Shown: positions 9,925 through 24,166, counted from the stretch's first letter. The stretch is 64,000 nucleotides of DNA from Azolla caroliniana (GCA_043228905.1 JBHGNT010000010.1:11718001-11782000); one strand, 5' to 3'. Notes: generated by a model from the sequence alone, not told the origin. Made by a program: numbers and translations.

Positions 9925-12900
9925 TGTTACCCCGTACGAGATGTACGGAGAGTCAAGTGTGATGAGCGAGGGTTGAATGTTATCATCATGTTGTTGTGTA
10001 TGTGTAGGGGGCATAAATGTAATTGTGAGTCTATACGTATGTGAACATATGCACATGTGTGTGCATGTGGATGGATACAAGAAGGTGTCAGTGAGTGTTC
10101 AGTATGAATGCTCGAGGGGGCTTACACCCCTATGTATCTACCCCCTCTTGTACTATTTAACCCCTTATGGGGAATGAATGAATACATGAATAACCATTTC
10201 TCTCTCTCTCAATCTCTCTCTTGTCATCTCTCTCTTCTATCTCCCTTTACGTTGAACCCCCTTGGGAAGGGGGTGGAGCCATTCTAGGCACCACCCCCCA
10301 CCCCGCAATGCTTCTCAATGCACATGATCTCTCTCGCCATCAATCCCATACTCTCCATCATCATCATAACCACCATGTCTATCTTTATCATGATTATCAT
10401 TGTCCTTAACCCAAACCCTAAAACGTATAACACCTTTTGGCGACCACTAAGGCAACCCCCCTTTGGAAACGGAGTCAAAGAATGATACGCGGATGTGCAA
10501 GCCATAGCGACTAAGTGCAAGAAATGGCGAAACGCGAAAATGACGGTGAAGATGTTGGAAGAAGTCTATGGAGGAATGCATGAATGGCAACAATGTTTGT
10601 GCGAGGTTGCGATTAGTGTCCATGTGCGTGTTTCCGAAAGCACTTAGCGACAATGTGCGTGTTCTCAAAAGTGGGGTTCAAGTTGCACGGCAGGACAAAC
10701 AGCAATGCAGAGGGAACCGGTGCCAGCACGACCGGAAAGAGAAGCCCACCAGGAGACTGCGGAGAAAGTCGCAGTGTGTGGAGCGGAGACCGGCAGGATG
10801 TGCTGAGAATGCACGGGCAATGGTGACGAGAACTGAACACTCCCTATACGCAACGCTCGGCCACAATCGAGGTTAGGATCATACACAGAAAACGGGAAGT
10901 AAATTCACGACACAAAGGAGAGAAAAGGTACATAGAATGTTTACGTGGAAAACCCAAACTAAGGGAAAAACCACGGCAGCCCACAGGCTGCAAACTATCA
11001 CTATGTTGGAATGTACAAACAGTGAGTTCACGGAGGCAACGACCTCATGCTCACGATCTTCGCCACAGGCGGCGGTTACAACAGAGGCAACGACCTCTTT
11101 TTCTCTCTCTTTCTCTGTACACTATTACGCACTCTAATCTTGTGCAAAACAGGAATGACAACAACAACAACCGTTACTAAAAGTTTGCCCTAAGTCATAT
11201 TTATACTAATATGACTTTTCGTCTATTTACAAATATAGCCTCGATGGACTCTCAGAAACATATTTACGAAAATGTCTCATCATCCGGTTCTCACCGGGTC
11301 TGCACCATCCGGCTCTCCGTAGCCGGGTACTCCTCATCCGGATCTCATCGGGTCTGCACCATCCGGCTCTCTGTAGCCGGGTACTCCTCATCCGGTTCTC
11401 ACCGGGTCTGCGTCATCCGGCTCTCCGTAGCCGAGTACTCCTCGTCCGGTTCTCACCGGGTCTGCGTCATCCGGCTCTCCGTAACCGGGTACTCCTCATA
11501 CGGTTTCCTTGTTCTTCTCCCTTCCCATCCGGAGGCACCTGTCTCCCAACAAATGGTTCCAGAAGAAACAACGCGGAGAGAGTCGGAACCGGAATCGGAA
11601 CAAGAACCAGAGTTGGTTAACACCGAAGGACCATAGAAGACAAAGAAGAGACACAGACACAGACTCAAATGGACGGAAACCAACAAAGACGGTGATGGAG
11701 TCCGCAACGGAGTGGTAGCTTGACAGCAGCCGAGGCATAGACGGAAAAGGCCGGAGAGGCCGGCAAGCGGCGGCCAAACCAAGGGTCGAACAGTGGAAAG
11801 AGACCGGCCAGACAGAGCCAACAAAGATAGTGACTATGATGACCAACAACGACCATGCATGGATGAACGAAGACAGTCGGACAAATATGCGAAGAGACAA
11901 AGACCGTTGAAGAACGACTTGATGATCGGAAACGGCCGAACGAATGAACTGAAGAATGAACGAAGGACTGGAAAGATATCGTCAAAGACAGACAACCGGC
12001 ACGACCGACAAATGGACAACAGCCAAGAACAGAACGGTTAGACACAGCCGAACCATGGCAAAAATGGAGGCCCGAAGAACGCTCGGATAGTGACGACTGA
12101 ACAGAGCGGCCATGCGACTGGAGGCCGGCCGGACAGGGCTGGCGACGACAAGAAAGGCGTCAGGAATGGTCACCACTAACCGACAGCAGCCGGAGCGGAG
12201 CGGCCAAAGAGCAGTTGGAATGGCCGGATAACGGTTGAAAAGTGGCCGGAATGGCCGAACAACGGCTGAAGAGCAGTCGGGCAACAGTCGGAACGGTTGG
12301 AATAGTCGGACAGTGGTTGTAGCAACCAGAGCGGTCGGAGGGTCAGACAAGGGTCAGATGAAGCCGCATTGGTCGCCAAACAAACGATGGCAGTCGGAAT
12401 GATGACGGAGTCACCGTACAACCGGCCAGAGACACGCTGGACAAAGATGGCCGAAACAGCAACATTGATGCCGAAAAGCGACAGACCTCGGCCAAAACCA
12501 ACGGCCGAATAGGGCCAACAAGGTCGGTGATAGAGACATCTGGAGATGGACCGGACAAACATGGCCAAACGGGCCAGACAGCGGAAAGAGCGGCCAGAAG
12601 GGCCGGAAACCGATCGAAACGGCGGGAGATGGAGATAGACGAGCGGCCAAAGAGTGGCCGAAGCGGCCGTAATAGCCGAACAATGGCCGGAGTGGCCAAA
12701 CGGGTTGGACAGACGACCAACCATGACAACCAAAACAAAGACAACACAGAGAAGAAAGAGGCAAATATATAGAAAATAAGAAGAAGAGAGAAGAGAAATG
12801 CAAGGAAGAAGAAGAATAGAGAAGCAAGAAAAAGAAGATGTCATGGAAGAAGAGAAAGGCATGAACAGACAGACACGAAGTGGAAGAAACAAAGAGACAA

Positions 12901-13139
12901 GAAGAAAGAGAGAGCAGGAAAAGAAAGACAGGAAGAGGAGAAGAAGCAACGGTTAACACCAAGGAGGAAGAAGATACAGACAACACGCAGGAGAAAACGT
13001 AAGAAGACAAACACTAAAAAAATAAAATGAGAGGGAAAATTTCAGCCTAAAATTGTTGAGGGTAGTAGCCTAAAATTTCAGAAACTTGGGGGTACTGAAT
13101 GAAATTTTCAAAACTCGAGGGTACATATCAAAACTCGAA
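9925..13139 (+). mobile_element. Truncated non-autonomous LTR element related to 40521-43507, inserted in the copia gag
   Basis: Starts TGTTACCCCG with an LTR ending in a cccccacccc tract like the 40521 LTR; purine-rich non-coding interior; 13030-13139 resembles 42800-42860. Confidence 0.6.
10824..11551 (-). mobile_element. Solo LTR related to the copia family at 19059/51744, with a 57-bp tandem repeat (about 11280-11500)
   Basis: TG...CA termini, 5-bp TSD AATGG on both sides, reverse-complement similarity to the 19059 LTR. Confidence 0.85.
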
Positions 13140-14107
13140 TGAAATCATGTTATCATTGGTTATGAAATTACTAATATAACTGTTGTTGATTTATTATGTT
13201 TGCGTGTCTCATTTGGTAATATTAGTATACAACTAATTGTAACCTTCATTGCTTTAATTACTTTCCTTGGTATTCTTTTTTAAGTAATAGATATAATTGA
13301 AAATGGTAGTCATCAATTAGATTGACATGTCTTGTTTACCAATAGACAATATATAGTATGTGTAATGCTAAAAAATAGATCTATTAATCAGTCTTTCATT
13401 TCTTTTAAGACGATGTAAGTTTTGGCCACAGCCCATATTCGGTACAATGAGCTTGATGTGGTAACTATCATATTGTGAAATGGAAACAAATTTAGGGTAT
13501 GTAGTAGAAAATATAGGGAATAACTAATTAGGAAAAATATTAAGTAGGCATATAAGGAGACATATGTTACTATGCTTGTCTCAAAGTTTCAAAAGTAACT
13601 CTAGGAGTTCATTCCACATAAATTTAGGGGTTATGGGCAAATTTCACAATTCAAGGAATGTTACTGTTGAGATATCAAGCTCAACTAGTTTAATCTAGTT
13701 AGTCAACACATGTAACTTAGTAGTTACCTAGATCGAATCTAGTTAATGTGTTGACCTTAAGCCTTTAAATAGGACCTTGTACTTAAGTGAGATATTCTAG
13801 ATCCTCCACTCCTTAGTACATTTAATGTAGGACTTACACATAAGTACCTATGTTCTACCCACACATGTGCACCTTCGCACATGGGTTGTATATATATCTC
13901 ATTGTGGGTATTTTTGTATGTTGATGATACTTTTCAATATAGTCAATCATCCCCCATTTATCTTCGTGTTCATAAGTGTAACTTCCTCTCTCTCTCTCTC
14001 CTCCTCTCACACACTCTCACGTGCATATCATACTAATCTTCCGCTGCTTAACGTAACCATATAATTAGTTTCTAATTAACCTTAGTTAATTACCTAATTA
14101 GTTAACA
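13140..14107 (+). repeat. Second copy of the 8338-9305 LTR (recombinant LTR, no PPT, no matching TSD)
   Basis: Near-identical direct repeat of about 968 bp. Confidence 0.92.
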
Positions 14108-16972
14108 GTTACATAACAAATTAATAATCTACATTTCAGATGATAAAAAGCATTATCCGATTTTTGTTTAACATTAATTTGAGCTTGACCATGCAGATTT
14201 ACTATTTCTTGGTCTTACCTTTAATCAACATTAAGTCTGGTCTGATCGTGTAGCTCCACAATTTAAGGCGGCATGATACTTCTTTTTTATTGCAAGGTAA
14301 ATTGATTATTTTACGTTAAGTACACATAGTTCTAAGTCTATTCAACTAATACTTCATAAGCCTTGAACTATTACTTTAGTTTCCTAAGCTTTCTATTTTT
14401 TAATGAAAACTTAGAACTAATTGTATTCACACTTGTCTACATTACTAATATTAGTTTAGTCTACTACATTTAGTGTTGTTCAATAAAAACTTTTTACTTT
14501 CCTCCAATGTGCATCAATGCTAATTATGTATTTACCGATATTTAGTACTTTTAAATGACAATGTAGTATTGTCCTCCCATGTGGATCAATATTAATTGTA
14601 TATTTACCTATATTTAGTATTTTTATATAACAAATTAGTATTGTTCTTCTATATGCATCATCACCGATTGTCTATTCACCTATGCTTAGTATTTTGAATA
14701 ACTTAGTATTGCTATCAAATGTGCATCAATACTAATTATGTGTTTACCCATGTTTAGTATTTTTAAATGACAACTTAGTATTGTCCTCCCATATGTGTTA
14801 GTACTAATTTTCTACTCGCTTATGTTTAATATCTATAAATAATAACTTAGTATTGTCCTCCCATGTGTATCAATACTAATTGTGTATTACCTAAGTTTAA
14901 TATTTTTAAATAAAAACTTAACATTGTCCCCCCATGTGTGTCAGTACTAATTTTATATTCACGTATGTATAGTATCTATAAATAATAACTTAGTATTATC
15001 TTCGCATGTGCATCAATACTAATTGTGTATTTACTTAAGTTTCATATTTTTAAATAAAAACTTAGTACTATCCTCCCATGTGCATCGGTACTAATTGCAT
15101 ATTTACCCAAATGTAGTATTTTTAAATAAAAACTTAGTACTATCCTCCCATGTGTTTTAGTACTAATTTTCTACTCACTTATGCTTAGTATTTTTAAATA
15201 ACAACTTAGTACTATCCTCCCATGTGAATAAGTACTAATTGTCTATCCCCGGGTTTAGTATAGATATAAATAAAAACTTACTATTGTCCTCCCATGTGAA
15301 TCAATACTAATTGTCTATTCACGTATGTTTAGTATCTACATGTAATAACTTAGTATTGTCCTCCCATGTGCATCAGTACTAACTTACAACATAGTACTAT
15401 CCTTAATTTACAACTTAGTACTATCCTCCCACGTGCACAAGTACTGATTATGTTTTAAGCCATGTAAAATATTCTTAATTTACAACATAGTATTATCCTC
15501 CCACGTCTACTAGTACTAATTCTATTTTAAGCCATGTTAAGTATTCTTAATTTACAACTTAGTACTATCCTCTCACATGAATCAATACTAATTATGTTTT
15601 AAGCCATGTAAAGTATTCTTAATTTACAACTTAGTACTATCCTCCCATGTGCACAAGTACTAATTATGTTTTAAGCCATGTAAAATATTCTTAATTTACA
15701 ACATAGTACTATCCGCCCACGTCTATCAAGACTAATTTTGTTTTAAGCCATGTTAAGTATTCTTACTTTACAACTTAGTACTTTCCTCTCACATGAATCA
15801 ATACGAATTATGTTTTAAGTCATGTTAAGTATTCTTAATTTACAACTTACTAATGTCCTCCCATGTGCACAAGTACTGATTATGGTTTAAGCCATGTAAA
15901 GTATTCTTAATTTACAACTTAGTACTATCGTCCCACATCTATCAATACTAATTCTATTTTAAGACATGTTAAGTATTCTTAATTTGCAACTTAGTAATGT
16001 CCTCCCATGTGAATCAATATAATTAAGTTTTAAGCCATGTTAAATATTGTTTGGCTACATGTGATGTACTAACTTAGTATTGTTACTAATGTTTGTTGGC
16101 TACCTGTGATGCAAAACGCCTAGGTACTTCTCATTGACCAACATTAGGATGCAATGGAAATACTTCAGGTCTGGACATGGAAAGGGAGAGTATGATGGGG
16201 CGGAGGCTATGATCAAGCATGCTCTTATAAGCAAGAAAGTGGATAATAAAGGTGCTAAGTTACAAAATGCACATGATGTTGTGGAGTGACTGACATGGAA
16301 GATGTGAAAGGATGGTAAGAATAGATTGTTTATTGAGAATCATATGGTTGTAAAACCGCGAAAAGGACATGTAAGATCCATTGTTCTTTAGGGTTTTGTC
16401 ACAAGGACACAACACAATTGCTATTTCGCAGTTTATCATGTTTTTGTTCCATGTGTATTATAGGTGAATCTTGGGATGAATGCACCAATCTATCAGTTGC
16501 GGAGTCATGGAAGTTGCAGAAGCTTGAGATTCAACAACAAGATGATATTCAAGAAAACGAACACTCGGACAATATTGTATACTACAACCAATGTACACTT
16601 TTATTGGAGATCATTTTGCAGTGTTGAAATCTCCTCAAAATGAAGATTTTGAATGAAGACTACTACATTGTGGTGTGCAAGCAAGGGAACACAATATTGA
16701 AAGAAGTGACTAGGGATGGTTGGGGCAACATGTCCAACGTTGGCGAGTCTATCATCTGTGGCAACTATTATGCAAAGTTGCCACAATGCAAGAACACGTA
16801 TGCATTATTGCAAGCTGCACCCACTACCATAATCTATGATGATGCCATTACCGCAAGCAAGTTCACTATGATTCAAGCAAAGCACAAAATTAAGGGATAC
16901 AAAACTATCTACAAGGTCCCTCAAGATGTACATGAACACATATTGGGGGAGGTCTCCCTCTTTAATGCTTAG
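14108..16972 (+). pseudogene. Sola2-like DDE transposase, C-terminal part; exons about 14108-14296 and 16124-16972
   Basis: YISDDKKH...VWSDRVAPQFK...FIAR|YFS...YFRSGHGKGEYDGA..IK...LSCFCSMC; GT at 14297 and AG at 16123 join in frame; several stops and a frameshift. Confidence 0.8.
14500..16050. repeat. Tandem array, about 72-bp unit, inside the transposase intron
   Basis: Unit acaacttagtactatcctcccatgtg...aagccatgtaaagtattcttaattt; period 72 (15601 to 15673). Confidence 0.93.
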
Positions 16973-17089
16973 AATTTTAACTGTTAATATATTGTAGAAA
17001 CCTTGTAGAATGACCAGTGATCTTCAATCTCAGATCTTCATATGTAAGTTCACAAGTTATCCTAATTAGGGATGACAAATTCATCAATA

Positions 17090-17750
17090 TATATCCTCTT
17101 TGGTTTTCCTAAAGTGTTTGGTGCTTATATAGTGTTATATTTTTCTAGTAATATATTATCCTCTTTGGTTTTCCTAAAGTGTTTGGTGCTAATATAACGT
17201 TAAATGTTTCTAGTCATGTATTATCTTCTTTGGTTTTCATAAAGTGTTTGTTGCTCTTGTAGTGTTAATTGTTTCTAGTAATGTATATATCTTATTTGGT
17301 GTTTGTTAAGTGTTTGGTGCTCTTATAGTGTTAAATGTTTCTAGTAATGTAATATCCTCTTTGGTTTTCATAAAGTATTTGGTGCTCTTGTAGTGTTAAT
17401 TGTTTCTAGTAATGTATTATCCTCATTGGTTTTCATAAAGTGTGTGGTGCTCTTGTAGTGTTAACTGTTTCTAGTAATGTATATATCCTCTTTGGTGTTC
17501 GTTAAATGTTTGGTGCTCTTATAGTGGTAAATGTTTCTAGTAATGTAATATCCTCTTTGGTTTTCATAAAGTGTTTGGTGCTCTTATAGTGTTAACTGTT
17601 TCTAGTACAATATATATCCTCTTTGATTTTCATAACGTATTTGGTGCTCTTATAGTGCGAACTGTTTCTAGTAATGTATATATCCTCTTTGGTTTTCATA
17701 AAGTGTTTGGTGACCTTATAGTGTTAATTGTGTCTCGTCATGTATATATC
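17090..17750. repeat. Tandem array, about 65-bp unit
   Basis: ctagtaatgt...tcctctttggttttcataaagtgtttggtgctcttatagtg; period 65 (17341 to 17406). Confidence 0.93.
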
Positions 17751-17768
17751 TTCTTCTCTTCACTATAA

Positions 17769-17937
17769 CAACTATTATACAAAGTTGCGACGGTCCGCCC
17801 ACATGTATGCTTTAGTAAAAGATGCACCCACCACCATAATCTATGTTGAGGCCATTATCGCAATCAAGTACACTATGACTCAAAAAAAGCACAAGGTTAA
17901 GGGAAGTAAACTGTTTACAAGGTCCCTCAAGAGGTAA
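17769..17937 (+). pseudogene. Diverged duplicate of the transposase C-terminal segment
   Basis: NYYTKL...APTTIIY...KHKVKG matches NYYAKL...APTTIIY...KHKIKG at 16763-16925. Confidence 0.8.
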
Positions 17938-19058
17938 ATGATGTCATAAACATCTTTGGAGTGTAATGGACTCAACATTCATCTTCTCTTAAAACATTAT
18001 ATTCATACTTAGAGAGAGAACAAAAACAATGTCTGACATATCAATTCGGTACATAATAAGTATAAAAAAGATTTATCATTTCGACATGAAAATAACAAGT
18101 ACAGACCATGACCCATAAAATCTTTGGCACTAGTATTTTCTGGTACTTATAATGCATCGAGAACTGATCATCTCCTTCATTGATTTTACATCTGTCTACA
18201 TACTACTGAGTGGCACTTCATCAACAGAGGCCAATAGGACAACATCAAATGGTTCCCCTCCTCGGACCAGTGGCACCCGCCTTGAGTTTCCTACTTTATT
18301 GTTTATACCAACATGAGATGCACAATCATTCAAAAAGGTGCAGTTGATAGCAATATCATCATGTACCTCCTGGGTGCTGATGGATTCCTCGTCCTTCATT
18401 TGGTGCGGCTCCTCTTCGTGGGTGGTGGTCGTAATTTTCTGAGACCCATCCTAGCTGATGTTGTCCACATCTTTCTTAGTACCCATGTATTGCTCTTCGT
18501 GGGTGGTAGCTGTGTTTTTCACACACACATCCAGGATGGAGTTGTCCACATCTTTTGTAGTACCCATGTGCTCCTCTTCATGGGTGGTTGTTTTGTTTTT
18601 CACTCACTCATCCGGGATGGTGTCATCCATATCTTTCGTAGTACCCATGTGCGTTTCTTCATGGGTAGTAGCGGTGTTTTTCGCAGATTCATCTAGGATG
18701 GTGTTGTCCACATCTTTCTTAGTGCACATGTGCTCCTCTTCGTGGCTGGTAGTTGTGTTTTTTGCAGACTCATCCTGGATGGTGTTGTCCACATCTTTCT
18801 TAGTACTCATGTGTTCCTCCTCGTAGAAAATGCTAGAAACCGCATTCTTTTTATAGTCTTTCTCCTCTTCTAAATTGAATGTGGTGTTTTCTTCACAATC
18901 CTCATGTGTGGTTGCGGTGTTGTCAGAGTCATCTTTTGTGCAAGGCATAGTCACGATCTCGGAGTCTTCGTCTCTACTCCATATAGTGCCTGAATCATCT
19001 TCTTGTATTTGTTAATCTCCTCATTCATGTCCAACTAAATCTGAATGCACCCAATAAT

Positions 19059-22000
19059 TGTTAGGATTTCGGTCCCTCCGGATGGGATATGAGTACCCAG
19101 CAATGGAAGACCCAGTGAGAACCGGATGATGAGTACCCGGCAAGGAAGACCCGGTGAGAACCTCTCACCGAATGAAGGGACATATATGTAAATATGTTCC
19201 AGAGATCCCACTAGGGCTACATTTGTAAATAGTCCTAATTTCATATTAGTATAAATATGACCTAGGGAAAACAGAGTGTTGTGTGTATCATAGAGTGTGT
19301 TGTCATTATTTTGTATAGTGTTATTGGTGTAACTGTTGTACAGAGAAAGAGAGAGAGAGAGACAGTGTGAGTCTCTATTGTAACCGCCGCCAGGCGAAGA
19401 TTGTCAGCACGAGGTCGTCGCCTCTATGTTCCCCTGTTGTATTCCTATTGGACATAGTGATAGCTTGGAGTTTGTGGACTCCCGTGTTTTTTCCCGTTTA
19501 AGGTTTTCCACATTAACATCATGTGCATTCTCTTCTGTTTGTGTACCTACTTCCATTTCTCATCTTTCTGTGTTTGATTATCATTGAAGTGACCTAAGTC
19601 TTGGTTGTGGCCGACGATTATTCTGCAAGTTCCTTTCAATCTGGTATCAGATCAAAACGACACAGAAAAATGGAAGATTCGTTGGGAAGCATGTTCAAGC
19701 TCACCAGCTCCAACTACTCAGTGTGGAAGTCAAAGATGAGGGACATGCTCGTGGTTAAAGATCTCTGGTTGCCGGTTCAGTTCGGGGACAACAATGACGT
19801 ACATACGATGCTTCATTGACATGAGCCTGTACAACAACTTCAATGAGGAGAGTAAGGCTCATGAGCTCTGGGAGAAGATTGACATTATGTTTCAGAACAA
19901 AAATGTTGTTAATCAGATTTCGGTATTGCGGAAGCTAGTGCGGCTCCGGTACCAAGATGGCTCCAGCATGGTGGAGCACATGAATGCCTTCCAGGGGCTG
20001 ATTCACCAGGCAACATCGTTGGAAGTACCTTTCGCCGATGAGGTACTAGCATTAGTCCTGCTCGGTTCCCTCCCGGATAGCTGGGAGACATTAGTTGTCA
20101 CTTTGGGCAATGCCGGGTCGGAAGGAAAACAATTGTCCCTAGCAAGAGTCAAGTCAAGCTTGCTAGATGAGGAGGCGTGTTGGAAAAACAAGGATACGAT
20201 CTCCGACTCCAAAGCGCTCCTTACCAAATCGGAACGTGGAAGATTAAGGAACCGTGGTCCCCAGAACCGGGAAAAATCAGGGACACGGTCAAAGTCAAGG
20301 GGGAGGCCTACTTGCTTCTATTGCGGCAAGCCTGGACACTTCCAAAAGAACAGTCGGCATTTCCGGGAAGAGAAGGAAACCGACAGTACCAACTCGAAGT
20401 GGTCACCGGACCGGAATGGTAAAGACCAAAGGGGACTGGACCGGATGGGAACGACGGCAATCGCAGCAAGTGAAGAGGAGTTGATGCTCATCACCGAGGA
20501 GAGTGAGTTGAACCTTGCTGGCGACGAGACAACATGGGTTGTCGATTCCGGAGTGTCGTTCCACCTGACCTCGAACCGGAAATGCTGACAACACCAACCG
20601 GATGCAAATTGTTACTGAAGGATGTCTGACACGTTCGGGAGGTTCGATTGAACCTGATATCAATCGGTCGGCTAGATGATGAAGGCTACATAGGTAGCAT
20701 CCGGAACGGTGTTATGAAGTTCACCAAGGGGAGCCTGATAGTGGCTCGAGCCCGGAAAGTTAACACATTGTACTTAATGAATGCCCAGTTATGCCGGGAA
20801 GAAGTGAACGTCGCATCTGACACTGCCGGTGAGCTGTGGCACAAGAGACTATGTCACATGAGCGAGAAGGGAATGAGGAGGCTTGCCGATGACAACCTCA
20901 TTCTGGTAAAGGACGTGCATCTTGAGAGGTGCACCGACTGCTTGGCTGGTAAGCAAAACCGGACCTGCTTCCAATCAAGGCCACCGATGAGACGTAATGC
21001 ACCACTGGAGCTGGTGCATACCGATGTGTGTCAAGTAGACACAAAGTCACATGCTGGAGCACAGTACTTGGTGATGTTCATAGATGACCACAACCGGAAG
21101 TTGTGGGCCACACCGTTGAAGACGAAGGATCGGGTGTTATCCGTCTTCAAGGAGCTCCACGTGAGAGTGGAAAGAGAAACCGGCCGGAAGCTGAAGGCGG
21201 TTCAAGCAGATAACGGAGGCGAATACCGGGGGCAGTTTGAGGAGTATTTCCGCTCGAATGGCATCCGGCTCGAATTTACTGTGCTGAAGAAGCCGGAACT
21301 CAATGGGCTGGCCGAGAGGATAAACTGGACCATAATGGAGAGGGTCCGGAGTATGCTAGCACATGCTAAACTACTCAAGACGATTTGGGTTGAGCCGATG
21401 TCGACAACGACGTATGTGATAAACAGATCACCCTCAGTACCCTTGGATGGAGACCCGCTGTATAGAGTGTGGACCGGTAAGGAAGTGTCTTACCGGCATC
21501 TGAAGGTGTTCGGGTGTCTCACTTACGTGCATGTTGCAAAGGATCGGAGAGCAAAGTTGGATCCAAAGTCCAGGCCTTGAGTTCGGCTACTGAGTGTGGG
21601 ATTTGGTTAACAAGAAGGTTTTCCGGAGTCGAGATATTATCTTCATGGAGGACAAGACCCTTGCCGACTGGGAGTCAGAGAAGAAGATAATGAACTCTGA
21701 GTCAATCGGTAAGGATCGATTCGATGAGATTCGGACCTACCCGGCTAAGAGTTGGTTGAACTCGAAGAACCAGCCGGCTACGGTGAGGATACCGAACCAG
21801 CAGAAGAAGAAGAGGAGGAAGCTGAAATCGGAACCGGCCAAGATCCCGAATCGGATTCGGATGAAGAACAGACACACGAGCCGGTTACTGAAAGCTGAAG
21901 TCACAGATATCCTCTCAGAGAGAGAAGGCCCCCACAGAGATTTTTGGATGTAGAACATGTGTTGTTGACTGATGAGGGGGAGCCGGAAAGCTTCAAACAA

Positions 22001-23865
22001 GCGAAGGATAACACTCGTAGCTGCAAGTGGTTGAGTGCCATGCAGGACGAGATGAATTCCCTACATGAGAACCACACGTATGAATTGGTGGATTTGCCAA
22101 AAGGGAAGAGGGCACTCCAAAACAAGTGGGTGTACAAGTTAAAACCGGGAGATGCCGGCAACCCCCCAAGGTACAAAGCCAAGATCCTGGTGAAGGGGTT
22201 CCAGTAGAAAAAGGGCGTGGACTTCGACGAGATATTTGCCCTGGTAGTAAAGATGACTTCCATCCAGACAGTGTTGAGCATAGCGGCAAGCATGGACCTC
22301 AAGGTAGAGCAGTTAGCCGTGAAGATGGCATTCCTTCACGGCGAGCTCGAAGAGGAGATCTACATGTAGCAACCGGAGGGATTTGTGAAGAAAGGGAAGG
22401 AGCACCTGGTTTGTCGATTGAAGAAGAGCCCCTACGGTTTGAAGGAGGCTCCCCGGCAATGGTACCGGAAGTTCGACTCCTTCATGACCGATCAAGAGTA
22501 CCACAAGACGCAGGCCGATCACTGTGTGTTTGTGAAGAAGTTCGAAGGTGGAGACTTCCTGATACTCCTCTTGTATGTGGACGACATGTTGATTGTCGGA
22601 CGAGACCAAGTCAAGATACGGATGCTGAAGAAGGCTCTGAACGGAGCCTTCTCAATGAAAGACTTGGGTCCGGCAAGACAAATACTGGGGATGCATATCA
22701 TTCGGGACCGGTCAAAGAAGCAATTGTGGCTGTCACAGGAGAAGTACGTGACAAAGGTGCTTCAGCGGTTCAACATGTCAAATGCTAAATCGGTCGGATC
22801 GACACTCCCGGAAAACTGCAGGTTATCTGGTAAGCAAAGCCCAAAGACAAAAGTAGAGAAAGCTGATATTATGAAGATACCATATGCCTCTGTCTTCGGG
22901 AGCTTAATGTACACAATGGTGTGTACCCAACCGGATATCGAATACGCAGTCGGAGTGGTGAGCCGGTTCATGAGCAAGCTCGGCAAGGAGTACTGGAATG
23001 CGGTAAAATGGATACTCCGGTACTTGAAAGGCACCTCAAGTATGTGTCTCCAATTCGGCTCTGGTAAACCCCAACTTGACGGTTTCACCGATTCGGATAT
23101 GTCGGCTGATGCGGATACCAGTCGGTCAACATCCGGATACGTCATTACATATGCAGGGGGACCTGTTTCGTGCAGTCGAGGCTATAGAAGACGGTTGCAT
23201 TGTCAACCACGGAAGCGGAGTACATGGCGGCTGTGGAAGCCGGAAAGGAAATACTATGAATGAAGGACTTCATCGAAGAGCTAGGGATCCGGCAAGAGGA
23301 ATACCGGCTTTATTGCGACAGTCAAAGTGCCATCCACCTTGCGAAGAATGCAACATATCATTCCAGGACGAAGCACATCCAGTGGAGGTACCACAGGATC
23401 CGGGAGCGAGTGGAAGATCGAGAGTTCGTGTTGACGAAGATCCACACAGAGGAGAACGGGTCGGACATGCTGACCAAGGTGTTGACACCCGACAAGCTGG
23501 ATGCATGCAGGAAGAGAATCGGATTGACGAGGCATCCCATGCCAGAGTGAAGGGGGAGTTTGTTAGGATTTCGGTCCCTTTGGATGGGATATAAGTACCC
23601 GGGAACGGAAGATCCGGTGAGAACTGGATGATGAGTACTTGGCAAGGAAGTCCCCGTGAGAACCGGATGTTGCAAGCCCGGTGAGAACCTCTCACCGGAT
23701 GAAGGGACATATATGTAAATATGTTCCAAAGAGCCCATTGGGGCTACATCTATAAATAGTCCTAATGTCATATTAGTATAAATATGACCTAGGGCAAACA
23801 AAGTGTTGTGTGTATCATAGAGTGTGTTGTCATTATTTTGTATAGTGTTATTGGTGTAATTGTTG

Positions 23866-23898
<33 letters not shown>

Positions 23899-24166
23899 AG
23901 TCTTTGTTGTTACCGCCGCCAGGTGAAGATTGTGAGCACGAGGTCATTGCCTCTGTGTTACCCTGTTGTATTCCTCTTGGACATAGTGATAGCTTGGAGT
24001 TTGTGGACTCCCGTGGTTTTTCCCATTTAGGGTTTTCCAGTTAACATCTTGTGCATTCTCTTCTGTTTGTGTACCTACTTCCATTTCTCACCTTTTTGTG
24101 TTTGATTATCATTGAAGTGACCTAAGTCTCGGTTGTGGCCGAAGATTATTCTGCAAGTTCCTTTCA
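19059..24166 (+). mobile_element. Full-length decayed Ty1/copia element
   Basis: LTRs 19059-19638 and 23561-24166, TSD ATAAT, tRNA-Met PBS at 19642, PPT GAAGGGGGAG at about 23549. Confidence 0.97.
19670..23550 (+). pseudogene. Copia Gag-Pol polyprotein, disrupted
   Basis: CFYCGKPGH, WVVDSG, LWHKRLCH, DNGGEY, LLYVDDML, YCDSQSAIHL motifs; many stops and frameshifts. Confidence 0.95.

Noticed and set aside
8338-14107. Single intact LTR element
   Set aside because: No TSD match, no PPT, and the interior belongs to other elements.
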